This document shows, piece by piece, positions 1-9,213 of a stretch of DNA of 64,000 nt. This DNA is from an uncultured Acidimicrobiaceae bacterium (GTDB lineage Bacteria; Actinomycetota; Acidimicrobiia; Acidimicrobiales; SZUA-35), in the NCBI GenBank assembly GCA_964551835.1, contig CAZKEM010000092.1, positions 1,598-65,597 of the forward strand, in the 5' to 3' direction. The translations under genes and the position numbers were made by a program. Position 1 is the stretch's first letter. Each line of letters begins with the position of its first letter. The notes beneath the pieces were generated by a model. It was not told the origin of the DNA. It saw nothing but the letters and a program-made list of their open reading frames with translations, and searched no databases.

Positions 1-2
1 TC

Positions 3-1604
3 ATGGCCGACGAGACCTCAAGCGATGAACCAGATCTGCCTACTGCGATTGCCGGGACGCCCCAAGAACAAGCAGCGCCACTTAGTCCGACCGCTTCGGC
101 CGCTGTTGCCGATCAGGCGAAACCACAGGTCCAACCGCCTGCCAGCGCGGATTCGGCACTTCAGACCAGCGCTGCGCAGACTCCTCCAATGCCAACGAGC
201 CAACCTTTTAGCACCGACCCTCCGGCCAGCGCGCCGCCCCCAGCGGGAGCGGGTAAAGGACTTCCGGTCACGAGTCCTTTTGATGCTGCTCAGAAACCAC
301 CCCAGCCTGCCGTCAGCCAACCTGCGGCCGGAGGAGGCCATTGGGCGTCTCAGCCGTCGGAGACAGTCATCCAGGACCATTCGCTTCGGATCGAAGTCGA
401 TAATGAGCATCATGTCTTTCATCCCAATCAAGAAGTAACCATCGGGCGCGATCAAGAATGCAGCATCGTTTTAGACAAGCGGCACTCACTCGCCTCGAGG
501 AGACATGTTCGAGCCGCATTTCGTGATGGTTCCTGGTGGTTGGAAGACTTTTCCAGCAAAGGAACCTTTGTCGACGGCACCCAGATCAAGAACCCGTACG
601 AAGCCACTGGGGGTTTTATTGCCTTTCTTGGCAACAAACAAGCGGGAACCGAGCTGAAGATTGTCGCTCCTGGCGAACACAAATCTAACACTGCCCGTCG
701 ATGGCCCCTCTTTGCAGGTATTGCGGCGGCCGCGATCTTGCTCATCGGCGTAGTGGCTGTAGGGATAGTCGCAACCCGCGGCGAGGAAGAAGTCGCACCT
801 ACAACAATTTCAGAAGCCGAAATGGAAGCCGCATTTCTCGACTTGGCGAAACGATCGACCGTGTTGATTATCGAAGGCGACAGCAGAGATGTCTCCAGTG
901 GCAGCGGGTTCTTTGTCAGCGAGACCTTGGTCGTGACCAATCAGCACGTCGTAGCAGGTGATGACCTTGTCGAAGTGGCTGTGTCGAAGGGCAACGACGA
1001 CCCGGTCGAGCTGACCTACGTCGCCGAAATCGTCGAGCTACATCCCTTTCTCGATATAGCGGTACTTGAGTTGACGGGGGAGCTGGTTCCCGCCCCAGAA
1101 TTCGAGGACGACCCGGATGTCGCGTTCCCAGGCTACGCGATCGAGCCGCTCGAATCGGGCAGCGAATCGTTCGTCGAAGTTGGAGAATCAGAGGGTCTGG
1201 TTCTAGGAACGACAGTCTTCAGCACCGGGTTCCCTGGCAGCTTCAACTCGATTTCGACTAATGACGAAGGCAATGTCCTCCTTCCACCTGTTGGAACTGA
1301 TTCTGGAAACGCAGCAAGTCTCGCTATTTGGCCTGGCTGCGACAACCCGACCGGCGACCTGGAAATACCGAGGGGCAGCCCGCCTGGCGTGAAATGCAAC
1401 GATGACGGGGATGTCAAGAACGCCGTGGTAACGACTTCGCTCACCAGTGGGCCCGGGGCGTCGGGAAGTCCCGTGTACCAAGACGAGAAAGTCATTGCCG
1501 TCGTCTATGCTGGCGCAGCTGGCGCAGACGAAACCAACACGGGCCGATCGATTACGTCATCCTCGTTCAAGGCGTGGCTAGACCCGATTATCGCCGCTAA
1601 CTAG
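3..1604 (+). CDS. FHA domain / single TM / trypsin-like (S1) serine protease fusion protein
   Basis: 533-aa ORF. Pro/Ala-rich N-terminus, then an FHA-like block (VTIGRDQECSIVLDKRHSLASRRHV...WWLEDFSSKGTFVDG) and one TM helix (WPLFAGIAAAAILLIGVVAVGIVA). S1 triad motifs follow: TNQHV, DIAVLEL, GPGASGSPVY. The ATG at 3 is at the window edge, so the true start could lie upstream. Confidence 0.8.
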   Translation: MADETSSDEPDLPTAIAGTPQEQAAPLSPTASAAVADQAKPQVQPPASADSALQTSAAQTPPMPTSQPFSTDPPASAPPPAGAGKGLPVTSPFDAAQKPPQPAVSQPAAGGGHWASQPSETVIQDHSLRIEVDNEHHVFHPNQEVTIGRDQECSIVLDKRHSLASRRHVRAAFRDGSWWLEDFSSKGTFVDGTQIKNPYEATGGFIAFLGNKQAGTELKIVAPGEHKSNTARRWPLFAGIAAAAILLIGVVAVGIVATRGEEEVAPTTISEAEMEAAFLDLAKRSTVLIIEGDSRDVSSGSGFFVSETLVVTNQHVVAGDDLVEVAVSKGNDDPVELTYVAEIVELHPFLDIAVLELTGELVPAPEFEDDPDVAFPGYAIEPLESGSESFVEVGESEGLVLGTTVFSTGFPGSFNSISTNDEGNVLLPPVGTDSGNAASLAIWPGCDNPTGDLEIPRGSPPGVKCNDDGDVKNAVVTTSLTSGPGASGSPVYQDEKVIAVVYAGAAGADETNTGRSITSSSFKAWLDPIIAAN

Positions 1605-1613
1605 CGACCTCGC

Positions 1614-1619
1614 TAGAAT
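1614..1619 (+). promoter_or_regulatory. candidate -10 hexamer (TAGAAT) placed for a leaderless transcript starting at ATG 1626
   Basis: CTAGAATC followed 7 nt later by the ATG. No Shine-Dalgarno sequence is visible between them. The same 8-mer is found in front of ATG 3127. Confidence 0.3.
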
Positions 1620-1625
1620 CTGTCT

Positions 1626-2162
1626 ATGGGAATATTTGGGGTCTCTGATAAACACCGTCAAAAACAAGCCGAGAAAGCATCGGCGATAACGAACATGCAA
1701 CAGACAACCACCGCTTTCGGACAACGAAAGTTTGCTATGACTCCAGGAGCCTGGACGCTCATTGCAGTCATTGTCGTCGCTATGATCGCAATCGCCGTCG
1801 TATTCAAAGTTATTCCAATCCCGGCTGCGCTTCCGATAGTCGTTTTTATTACGATGACGAAGCCGCGACGCGTGATCGCGGTCGGCCCGGCAGGCTACAC
1901 CAACCTAACCACCTCGCATTGGACCGGCCGGCCAAAATCGGTCATCGGAACGTTCCCCAGTGTCACCATGCTCAATAACGGAGTTTCGATCGGCAACGAA
2001 ACAGTTATGCTGCCGAAAAAAGAGCTACAGGCCCTCAGGGCGGTGACGCCAAGCGTCGGATTCGGTGCGACGACCCCAGCCGGGGAAGCGCCACCATTTA
2101 GGGCTACGGGACCGACAGGGCATCCACCTGGCGGCACCCCGGCGCCCCCACAACCACAGTAG
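1626..2162 (+). CDS. hypothetical membrane protein (two predicted TM helices, Pro-rich C-terminus)
   Basis: 178-aa ORF. Hydrophobic stretches WTLIAVIVVAMIAIAVVF and IPAALPIVVFITM. No recognisable catalytic motif. Confidence 0.5.
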   Translation: MGIFGVSDKHRQKQAEKASAITNMQQTTTAFGQRKFAMTPGAWTLIAVIVVAMIAIAVVFKVIPIPAALPIVVFITMTKPRRVIAVGPAGYTNLTTSHWTGRPKSVIGTFPSVTMLNNGVSIGNETVMLPKKELQALRAVTPSVGFGATTPAGEAPPFRATGPTGHPPGGTPAPPQPQ

Positions 2163-2249
2163 GCGTCTCCCTCGTCACATATTGAACCTTTTTAACTCTA
2201 TTTATTATTGTTTGTAGTATTTAGGCGTTGTTTAAAGTATTTTAAGAGA

Positions 2250-3101
2250 GTGAAGTCTGACCCGCAGCATGACCACCTTCCGAACAGACTTCCGAAAGAG
2301 TTTGTCGCTGCTGCTTCCACGGCGGCCCGCACAGTCTTCGGCCCGCGAAGTAAACTCAACCCAAGATTTCAGGCAATCGACTTTGACGGACGGTTCGTGC
2401 CGCTTGTTCAGCTGTACCGCAACCTCAGCTCAACTGACCCAGACAATTGGATGGAGGCGATTTGCTCCCGGCTTGAGCAAATGCTGGAGGTAACAGAACG
2501 ACTTGCAGAAGACACCAGTGATTGGCATCACGCCAGACCGAGACTGCATGTTTGTGTCCGAAAGTCGGGCACCGTAAACGGAATCAGCAAGCCGATCTCG
2601 CCCAACCTTTGCTACACGCTAGTAATCAACACCGAAGACTACTGCGTTCGCGTCACATCTGCAGACCTTCGGTCTTGGCCCGTCGGCAACAACACCGCAT
2701 GGCAAACCGGGCTCGATAACAACACTCGAAATATCGACGTTCAACGAACACTACTGCGCCATGGTGGTGCCGACCTTGAGATCTTCTCCGGAGATCTAAA
2801 CGCCTCGGGGATCGTGACCAACATAGGCAACTATTTCGATCCAAGACTTCCAATGCCCTCGTTGCTCGCCCTGCCGACACACGAAACGGTCGTCCTTATC
2901 CGTCCCAAGAGATCTGTTGCTGGAATGCAGGGGCAGCAACTTAGGGCACTATTGTCGATGTGGTCGACGCAGTCGGAACACCCCCTGACTTCAGAGCTGT
3001 TTACACTCAACAACCAAGGAGATCTGACCATGAGCTGTCCAAACTCAGCCCTTCCGGCGGACGCGACCAGAAAAAGGCTCGGGTTCGAAATACAAATCTG
3101 A
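2250..3101 (+). CDS. hypothetical protein
   Basis: The ORF is open from 2208, but the first 14 codons lie in a very AT-rich tract. GTG at 2250 (VKSDPQHD...) preceded by AAGAGA is the more plausible start. No motif recognised. Confidence 0.5.
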   Translation: MKSDPQHDHLPNRLPKEFVAAASTAARTVFGPRSKLNPRFQAIDFDGRFVPLVQLYRNLSSTDPDNWMEAICSRLEQMLEVTERLAEDTSDWHHARPRLHVCVRKSGTVNGISKPISPNLCYTLVINTEDYCVRVTSADLRSWPVGNNTAWQTGLDNNTRNIDVQRTLLRHGGADLEIFSGDLNASGIVTNIGNYFDPRLPMPSLLALPTHETVVLIRPKRSVAGMQGQQLRALLSMWSTQSEHPLTSELFTLNNQGDLTMSCPNSALPADATRKRLGFEIQI

Positions 3102-3113
3102 GCTGGAAGCGTC

Positions 3114-3119
3114 TAGAAT
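3114..3119 (+). promoter_or_regulatory. candidate -10 hexamer (TAGAAT) 8 nt upstream of ATG 3127
   Basis: TCTAGAATC then gatggg then ATG. Same 8-mer and spacing class as at 1614. Confidence 0.25.
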
Positions 3120-3126
3120 CGATGGG

Positions 3127-6006
3127 ATGCCACTCCGCCCGTCACCCAATTCGATCTTGGAGTCTGGTATTGAAGCAACCTTTATTCCCGCTGACCCCCC
3201 AAGAGAGTCTTGGCTTGCTCTTTGGTCAGGCGATACCAATACCACTAAGCTTCTCGCCCGGTCATCACTGGCAACGGAGCAGGTCGAACTGGTCACACCT
3301 TCCGGCGACGGAGTTTCAAGATCAAAAGTAATGGTCAAGAAGCTACCGCTTAGGGCCGCGATCGACCCGCTCGTCGAGTTGGACAACCAGCACGAAAACA
3401 TCTCGGAGTCTGTTAGAGCCTGGTCCGAAACAACAGTGTTTAGCCTCGGGATGATAGGCAAAGGAAGTTTACAGCCTGCACTCTCGGCTACCGGGCTCGA
3501 CATGTGGCGTCTTGGCCCCTTTGAGCAGAGCGACACCGTTTGGCAGACCTCCATGGCCCAAGCCCTCCCCCCGGCGGCCCGAGCAACCCCGGCCGACGAT
3601 TCAATTGATGACGAAGGGCCGACACTCAGCGCAGCAGCTCCGCTCGTACACGCCTTCGGCGATGCCGTCGCCGACACTTTTGTCCGTACCGCCGCTGCAC
3701 ATATAGCCAGCGGACACGACGCATTCTCATCGAACCGGCAAACCATCGTCGACCCCGGCTCACAGGTCCCAAAACTTCTCGAATTCTTTGCAGACTCTGG
3801 GGTTCCGCTTCTGACTCTCAGAATTGATTGGCTTCCGCTCGAGCGTCGTACAAACTCAGAACAGGTGCTTGGGACACTCACCTTTCAAGACCGATCGGAT
3901 CCGAGTCGACAAGTTCCAGCAACCGCACTATGGGCGGCGTCACAATCGGACCGCAAAAAACTCCACATGGCCGAGAGTATGCTCATACGGAACCTGAGGC
4001 GTGCGGTCCGCGTCGAGCCAAACCTCAAACGACTCTTAGATCAGCAGCTCCCTTCAGAAATCACCTTAAACGAAGAACAAGTCGCCGACCTCCTAAAGCC
4101 GGAAACCAGCCAGCGTCTCGCTATGGCCGGGCTACCACCGGTCATACCTGACAACCTTTTCAAATCGGTTAGTCTCAAGCCGATTCTCGGCTCAACCACA
4201 GACGACTACCTCGAGTATGCTCAGCTCAACGAAAATCAACCATCGTTGGGACTCCCAAACCGTATTGACCTCAACGAACTGGTCGAACTTCACTGGCAGG
4301 GATCATTTGACGGGAGTGATTTAACGGACCAAGAACTTGCCGACCTTGTCGCGTCAAAACGAAACCTTGTACGCCTCCGCGGGGAATGGGTGCAACTCAA
4401 CGACATCGACCGAACTCGTTTAACAGAACGTCGAGAGTTAGAGAAATCAACCGCTCTCGCAGCTTCTCTCGGTGGCCCGGTCTCCTTAGACGGCGAAGTC
4501 ATCGATATCGAAGTTGTAGGCCCACTCGCCGCTCTCGGTGATCGTCTTCGGAACCGCGACACGACGATCACCCTCGAAGCTCCAGACGACCTAAAAGCGA
4601 CATTGCGCCCATACCAGCGACGCGGCTTGGCTTGGCTGCGCGAGATGGACCAACTAGGGCTTGGAGGCATCCTGGCCGACGACATGGGGTTGGGCAAGAC
4701 CGTCCAAGTTTTAGCATTACACCTTCAACGCCAAGCAGACGAACCCGGACCAACCCTCGTTGTCTGCCCGGCATCTGTCGTAGGAAACTGGGAACGGGAA
4801 ACGAACAAATTTTCCCCATTGACCAAGGTCTACCGGTACCACAGCTCTTCTCGGTCCATAGACGAGGTCAAAGATGGAGACATCGTCGTGACGACCTACG
4901 GCATCGTACGACAAGATGCCGAAACATTAGCGTCAATACGCTGGGGCCTCGTCGTAGCCGACGAAGCGCAGGCCATCAAAAATCCGTATTCTCGTTCCGC
5001 CCAGGCCATTCGCAAAGTTCCAGCACAGACAAGGCTCGCTCTGACGGGAACCCCTGTCCAGAATCAACTCTCAGACCTCTGGGCCCTACTCGACTGGACG
5101 ACACCCGGACTACTCGGAAACCTGACTCGGTTTAGACGTGAAATCGCAGCCCCGATAGAGAAACAAGGCGACGAAGATGCGGCCCGACGGCTCAACCGCC
5201 AACTCCGCCCGTTCCTGCTCCGCCGACAAAAATCGGATCCCGATATCGCGCCTGAACTGCCACCGAAGACCCAAACCGACGAAATCGTTCCGCTCACATC
5301 AGAGCAGGCAGCGCTTTATCAGGCGGTTGTGTCAGAAACGATGGCCGAGATCCGTTCGACCAAAGGGATAGAACGCAAAGGTCTCGTTCTTAGACTACTT
5401 ACCCATCTCAAGCAGATCTGCAATCACCCAGCTCAGTTTTTAAAGGAATCAGACAACCTGGCTGGACGATCCGGAAAACTCCGAGCTACAACTGAGCTGT
5501 TACGAGTGATAAAGGAAGAAGGCCAGGCGGCGTTGGTGTTCACCCAGTATGTGTCTATGGGAAACCTTCTCGTCCAGCACCTGGAGTCGGAGAACATCAG
5601 CACCAGCTTCCTAAATGGATCTCTTTCCCTCACCGAACGTGACCGCCTCGTAAATGATTTTCAAAGCGGCAACACCGATGTCTTCATTGTTTCGCTGCGG
5701 GCCGGAGGGGTTGGACTTAACTTGACCCATGCGAGCCATGTTATTCACTTCGACCGCTGGTGGAACCCAGCTGTCGAAGACCAAGCATCAGACAGGGCCT
5801 GGCGGATCGGTCAAACCAAACCGGTACAGGTCCATCGACTGATCTCGGAAGGAACCGTCGAAGATCGTATTGCTGCGTTGTTGCAGAGCAAACGTCAGCT
5901 AGCAGAATCGGTCGTTGGCTCAGGTGAAAGCTGGCTATCAGACCTCACCGACGAAGACCTAGCTGAGCTCGTAACGTTATCTGGGGAGAGTGTCGACCGG
6001 TGGTGA
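3127..6006 (+). CDS. SNF2-family DNA/RNA helicase (HelZ-like) with long N-terminal SNF2-associated region
   Basis: 959 aa. Motif I ILADDMGLGKTVQ, motif II VVADEAQAIKN, LTGTPVQN, and the C-terminal helicase block LRAGGVGLNLTHASHVIHFDRWWNPAVEDQASDRAWRIGQ. Confidence 0.9.
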   Translation: MPLRPSPNSILESGIEATFIPADPPRESWLALWSGDTNTTKLLARSSLATEQVELVTPSGDGVSRSKVMVKKLPLRAAIDPLVELDNQHENISESVRAWSETTVFSLGMIGKGSLQPALSATGLDMWRLGPFEQSDTVWQTSMAQALPPAARATPADDSIDDEGPTLSAAAPLVHAFGDAVADTFVRTAAAHIASGHDAFSSNRQTIVDPGSQVPKLLEFFADSGVPLLTLRIDWLPLERRTNSEQVLGTLTFQDRSDPSRQVPATALWAASQSDRKKLHMAESMLIRNLRRAVRVEPNLKRLLDQQLPSEITLNEEQVADLLKPETSQRLAMAGLPPVIPDNLFKSVSLKPILGSTTDDYLEYAQLNENQPSLGLPNRIDLNELVELHWQGSFDGSDLTDQELADLVASKRNLVRLRGEWVQLNDIDRTRLTERRELEKSTALAASLGGPVSLDGEVIDIEVVGPLAALGDRLRNRDTTITLEAPDDLKATLRPYQRRGLAWLREMDQLGLGGILADDMGLGKTVQVLALHLQRQADEPGPTLVVCPASVVGNWERETNKFSPLTKVYRYHSSSRSIDEVKDGDIVVTTYGIVRQDAETLASIRWGLVVADEAQAIKNPYSRSAQAIRKVPAQTRLALTGTPVQNQLSDLWALLDWTTPGLLGNLTRFRREIAAPIEKQGDEDAARRLNRQLRPFLLRRQKSDPDIAPELPPKTQTDEIVPLTSEQAALYQAVVSETMAEIRSTKGIERKGLVLRLLTHLKQICNHPAQFLKESDNLAGRSGKLRATTELLRVIKEEGQAALVFTQYVSMGNLLVQHLESENISTSFLNGSLSLTERDRLVNDFQSGNTDVFIVSLRAGGVGLNLTHASHVIHFDRWWNPAVEDQASDRAWRIGQTKPVQVHRLISEGTVEDRIAALLQSKRQLAESVVGSGESWLSDLTDEDLAELVTLSGESVDRW

Positions 6007-7028
6007 GCAGCGGCATTTCCACCTGGCGGCAACTGTGGTTTGATCATTTGGCCGCATCATCAATCGATGACGCCAAACTTAGACCAGGCAAAATGTTCGT
6101 TGAGCGCAACGATGAACTCGAGATCGACATTTCCCCGGGACGTATTGAGATGGAGATTCGTTCTGGCCCCAGAATGGTCTACGACGTTTCGATCCACGCT
6201 CCCAAAGCAACCCAACAAGGTTGGGAACTATTCGACAAAAACATCGAAAGTAATCCGGCCTTACTCAGTGAAGTCAGCCTGGGGGAACTCCCAATCGAAG
6301 CTGGCATTTACGCTCAGTCGGAGTCGATCGGAATTATTCCACACTGGTCAGATTTCGAATCGTCCTGTTCATGCCCAAACCCCGATCGTTGCAAACATAT
6401 TTATGCCTTGCTCTACTATCTGGGAGAACACTTCGATGAGGACCCGTTCGAACTGATGCGTTTCTTGGGTCGCACCCGTGAACAGTTCCTGGCATCAATC
6501 ACCTCGTCGACAACATCGTTTGAATATCGCCCACAGCTCGCAGTCGATGCATGGACGAACGACCTCCCTGAACTACCAATGGCGCCCGAACTCGCCATCG
6601 AAAACTACCAACTGACTAGCTGGCCCACGGACCCCCCTCACACTCCCCTCTTCGACGCCGAGGGTCTTCGTTCGATCGGTGAAGACGCACTGAAACGGGC
6701 TACCGAGATGCTATTGAATCAGACGAAGAGTTATCTTCAACTCGACGAGAAGCCGGACCTAATTCGACGAGCAGCTTATGCCGAAGACACCAAACAGTTC
6801 ATTCAGAACTCCGACTTCTCCTCCGAGGACCTCGCCGCCTATGTGGAGACGTGGAACAGAGCTGGTGACGACGGCGTCGACGCCCATATCTCGCCGTCGA
6901 TGGTTGTGCCTATCGATGAACGATCAGCGTTCCATCGGAGTCAGAGCAATTCGTGGTACACGTTTACTCAGGATGGGAATGTCCTACGATTCGACCGCGG
7001 CCCTGTAGATCCACCTGAAACAAGCTGA
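6000..7028 (+). CDS. SWIM zinc-finger protein, partner of the SNF2 helicase
   Basis: 342 aa. CxCxnCxH signature CSCPNPDRCKHIYALLYYL. The start (GTG 6000/6003) overlaps the helicase stop at 6004-6006. Confidence 0.8.
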   Translation: MVSSGISTWRQLWFDHLAASSIDDAKLRPGKMFVERNDELEIDISPGRIEMEIRSGPRMVYDVSIHAPKATQQGWELFDKNIESNPALLSEVSLGELPIEAGIYAQSESIGIIPHWSDFESSCSCPNPDRCKHIYALLYYLGEHFDEDPFELMRFLGRTREQFLASITSSTTSFEYRPQLAVDAWTNDLPELPMAPELAIENYQLTSWPTDPPHTPLFDAEGLRSIGEDALKRATEMLLNQTKSYLQLDEKPDLIRRAAYAEDTKQFIQNSDFSSEDLAAYVETWNRAGDDGVDAHISPSMVVPIDERSAFHRSQSNSWYTFTQDGNVLRFDRGPVDPPETS

Positions 7029-7242
7029 CGGCAACCATGGGTTTAGAAGACCTTCAGGGCTCCGACAAAACCGTTACCTAGTCCTGTCGCTGATGGGCGC
7101 CTGAAGCCGGTTGAAACGAATGCTTGTTACGAAAGTCGTCTTAGCTAGCCATTTGCCGGCGGGTGAAAATATTTCTGGCTCTGGTTGGCTATGCTTGTTT
7201 GTGCATCTACCAGCAAAGAGGCTAAGAACCTAAGGTATTCCG

Positions 7243-9213
7243 ATGTCCGCGAACTTGCATAAAGATTTAGGAATAGCGGGTATCGACGACATCAAGCCGT
7301 TGGACGAGAACCGGAATCCTGTCTTTTCTGGTCGCCAAAGTGTCATCGGACGAACCGTCGCCTTAAAGATACTTAACCCCCACAATGAGCCGCTGCTGCC
7401 TCGACGGTTCGACAGACGCCGGAAAGACTTCACCAAATACACCAGCAGCTCCCATGTCGTTCCGCTTTACGACAGCGGTGAGACGACAAATGGCAAGCCG
7501 TATATCGTGATGCCATATTTCAGGATTGGCTCCCTGCAAGATCAAATAAATCACGGAAAAATGCCTTGGCATCTTTCTGCCAGAATTATACAGCGAGCGA
7601 CCGAATCGGTCGCCTTAGCCCACGGCTTTGACATTGCCCTAGGCGATATCAAGCCTTCGTCGATCCTACTTAGCGACCCCGAGACACCTCGAATAGCCGT
7701 TTATGGAATGGCGACGCGCCACTTTGACGATGGCGGCCCTTCTTTCGTTGCCCCAGAAGTCGAGAAAGATCGTAGGCCTGAACTCGCAAGCGACGTCTAC
7801 AGCCTTTCGATGACACTAGGCGCATTGATCACCGGCGAGATGCCTTCTCGGTCGACGCCAACCGAGAAGTATCTCGAAAAAATTGAACCCTTGGTACCGC
7901 CGAGAATCTACGAGGTTATCGAACATGGATCGGCGACCGCTCTTTCTAATCGGTACGGCTCGGCTAAACATCTAGCGAACGTACTTGCTAGAGCAATCGC
8001 CGCCGAGACGACTTCGCAAATCAAGACGAAGTCGTCTACCCTAGTCAAACCTCCGAATCCAGAATCTAAGGTTTCCGAAAAAACCGAAGAGTTAAGAAAC
8101 GATCACGGCCCAATTTCCGTCGACGAACTGCTCGGGCCACCTGAACTGGCAAAAGACGCCGAAGCGCTGGAGCCTGAGCCGAAAATCGGAGCCAGCCACG
8201 CAAGCCAGGCCGACGATCCCGAGCAGGTAAACTCGCCCAAGCGGGCAGATATCGGTATGGACGTGTTGGTACAGTTAGGACAAGGCGATGCCTCGCAGGC
8301 GGCGAGTCAATTCAGAACGACAGCTTCTATCGGTGAATCCGACATAAATCCGGAACCAGCGGTGAGCGAATCCAAACTTCCCGACGAGGATTTTGAGGTC
8401 GAAGGGGAGTCAAAAGTTGATTCGGCTAAAGAATCGAGGTCAAAGATTTCTACTTCAGAAGAGTCAATGAGGGGCCGTAATTCCTCTTTCCTATCGCTGC
8501 CAGACGATTCGATTGGTTCAACTGAGCAGGTGGACATCACTTCGCTCAACGCCCCGATTGAGAAGCCAAGGCCTCCAAAAGACAAGTCGGATTCAGACCT
8601 GTTCCGCCAAACTCGTGTCTTTAGCGCGTCCGAGACTGACCCCCCTTGGGAAGAGCCCAGCCAACCCGGCCGGCAACAACCCCCGCTGGACGCTCAGCCT
8701 GCCCTTCGAGAAGCCAGATCCGAGCCCTATCGAAGCGGCCCACGTATGCGGGCCTCAGACAACCGACTGCACCACAAGGCCGAGTCAGATGGGATCTTAC
8801 TGTCGATTCAGGACAGTTGGCAGTCGAATAGGCAATGGTTAACTCTCGCCCTCGCAGGGTGCATCATGGTCGCTATCTCGTTGATAACGCTTAGCGTTAT
8901 CAACGGCAATGGCGGTGATTCAACGAACAATGGGGCTGACCTACCTCCGCGGACCACCGAACCTTCGGAAGCATCAGCTCCAGTGTTGAACCCGCCCCCC
9001 GCTATAAGCACAGACGATTCCGAACCCGCTCCCAATGCCACAAGCCCCCAGGGAACAAGGCGTCCGGCCAGACCAACGACCAGACCAGGTGTGAATCCGC
9101 CACCGACGACCGTCGCACCGCCGACCACAGTCGCACCACCAACCACAGTCGCACCACCTCCGCCCACAGAAAAGCCTCCGCCCACAGAAGTGCCTCCTCC
9201 AGCGGCACCTTAG
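7243..9213 (+). CDS. membrane-anchored Hanks-type Ser/Thr kinase-like protein, predicted pseudokinase
   Basis: 656 aa. Kinase fold landmarks VALKIL, YIVMPY, VAPEV and DVYSLS are present. There is no Gly-rich loop. HRDLKPSN is replaced by LGDIKPSS and DFG by VYGM. One TM helix (LTLALAGCIMVAISLITLSVI) and a Pro-rich tail. Confidence 0.75.
   Translation: MSANLHKDLGIAGIDDIKPLDENRNPVFSGRQSVIGRTVALKILNPHNEPLLPRRFDRRRKDFTKYTSSSHVVPLYDSGETTNGKPYIVMPYFRIGSLQDQINHGKMPWHLSARIIQRATESVALAHGFDIALGDIKPSSILLSDPETPRIAVYGMATRHFDDGGPSFVAPEVEKDRRPELASDVYSLSMTLGALITGEMPSRSTPTEKYLEKIEPLVPPRIYEVIEHGSATALSNRYGSAKHLANVLARAIAAETTSQIKTKSSTLVKPPNPESKVSEKTEELRNDHGPISVDELLGPPELAKDAEALEPEPKIGASHASQADDPEQVNSPKRADIGMDVLVQLGQGDASQAASQFRTTASIGESDINPEPAVSESKLPDEDFEVEGESKVDSAKESRSKISTSEESMRGRNSSFLSLPDDSIGSTEQVDITSLNAPIEKPRPPKDKSDSDLFRQTRVFSASETDPPWEEPSQPGRQQPPLDAQPALREARSEPYRSGPRMRASDNRLHHKAESDGILLSIQDSWQSNRQWLTLALAGCIMVAISLITLSVINGNGGDSTNNGADLPPRTTEPSEASAPVLNPPPAISTDDSEPAPNATSPQGTRRPARPTTRPGVNPPPTTVAPPTTVAPPTTVAPPPPTEKPPPTEVPPPAAP
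9100..9153 (+). repeat. 3 x 18-bp in-frame tandem repeat encoding (PPTTVA)3
   Basis: Direct reading: ccaccgacgaccgtcgca / ccgccgaccacagtcgca / ccaccaaccacagtcgca. Confidence 0.9.

Noticed and set aside
3045-3881. 278-aa minus-strand ORF antisense to the SNF2 helicase N-terminus
   Set aside because: It is fully embedded in a well-supported plus-strand CDS. The composition is Ser/Arg/Ala-rich, typical of a GC-biased shadow frame, and it has no motif.
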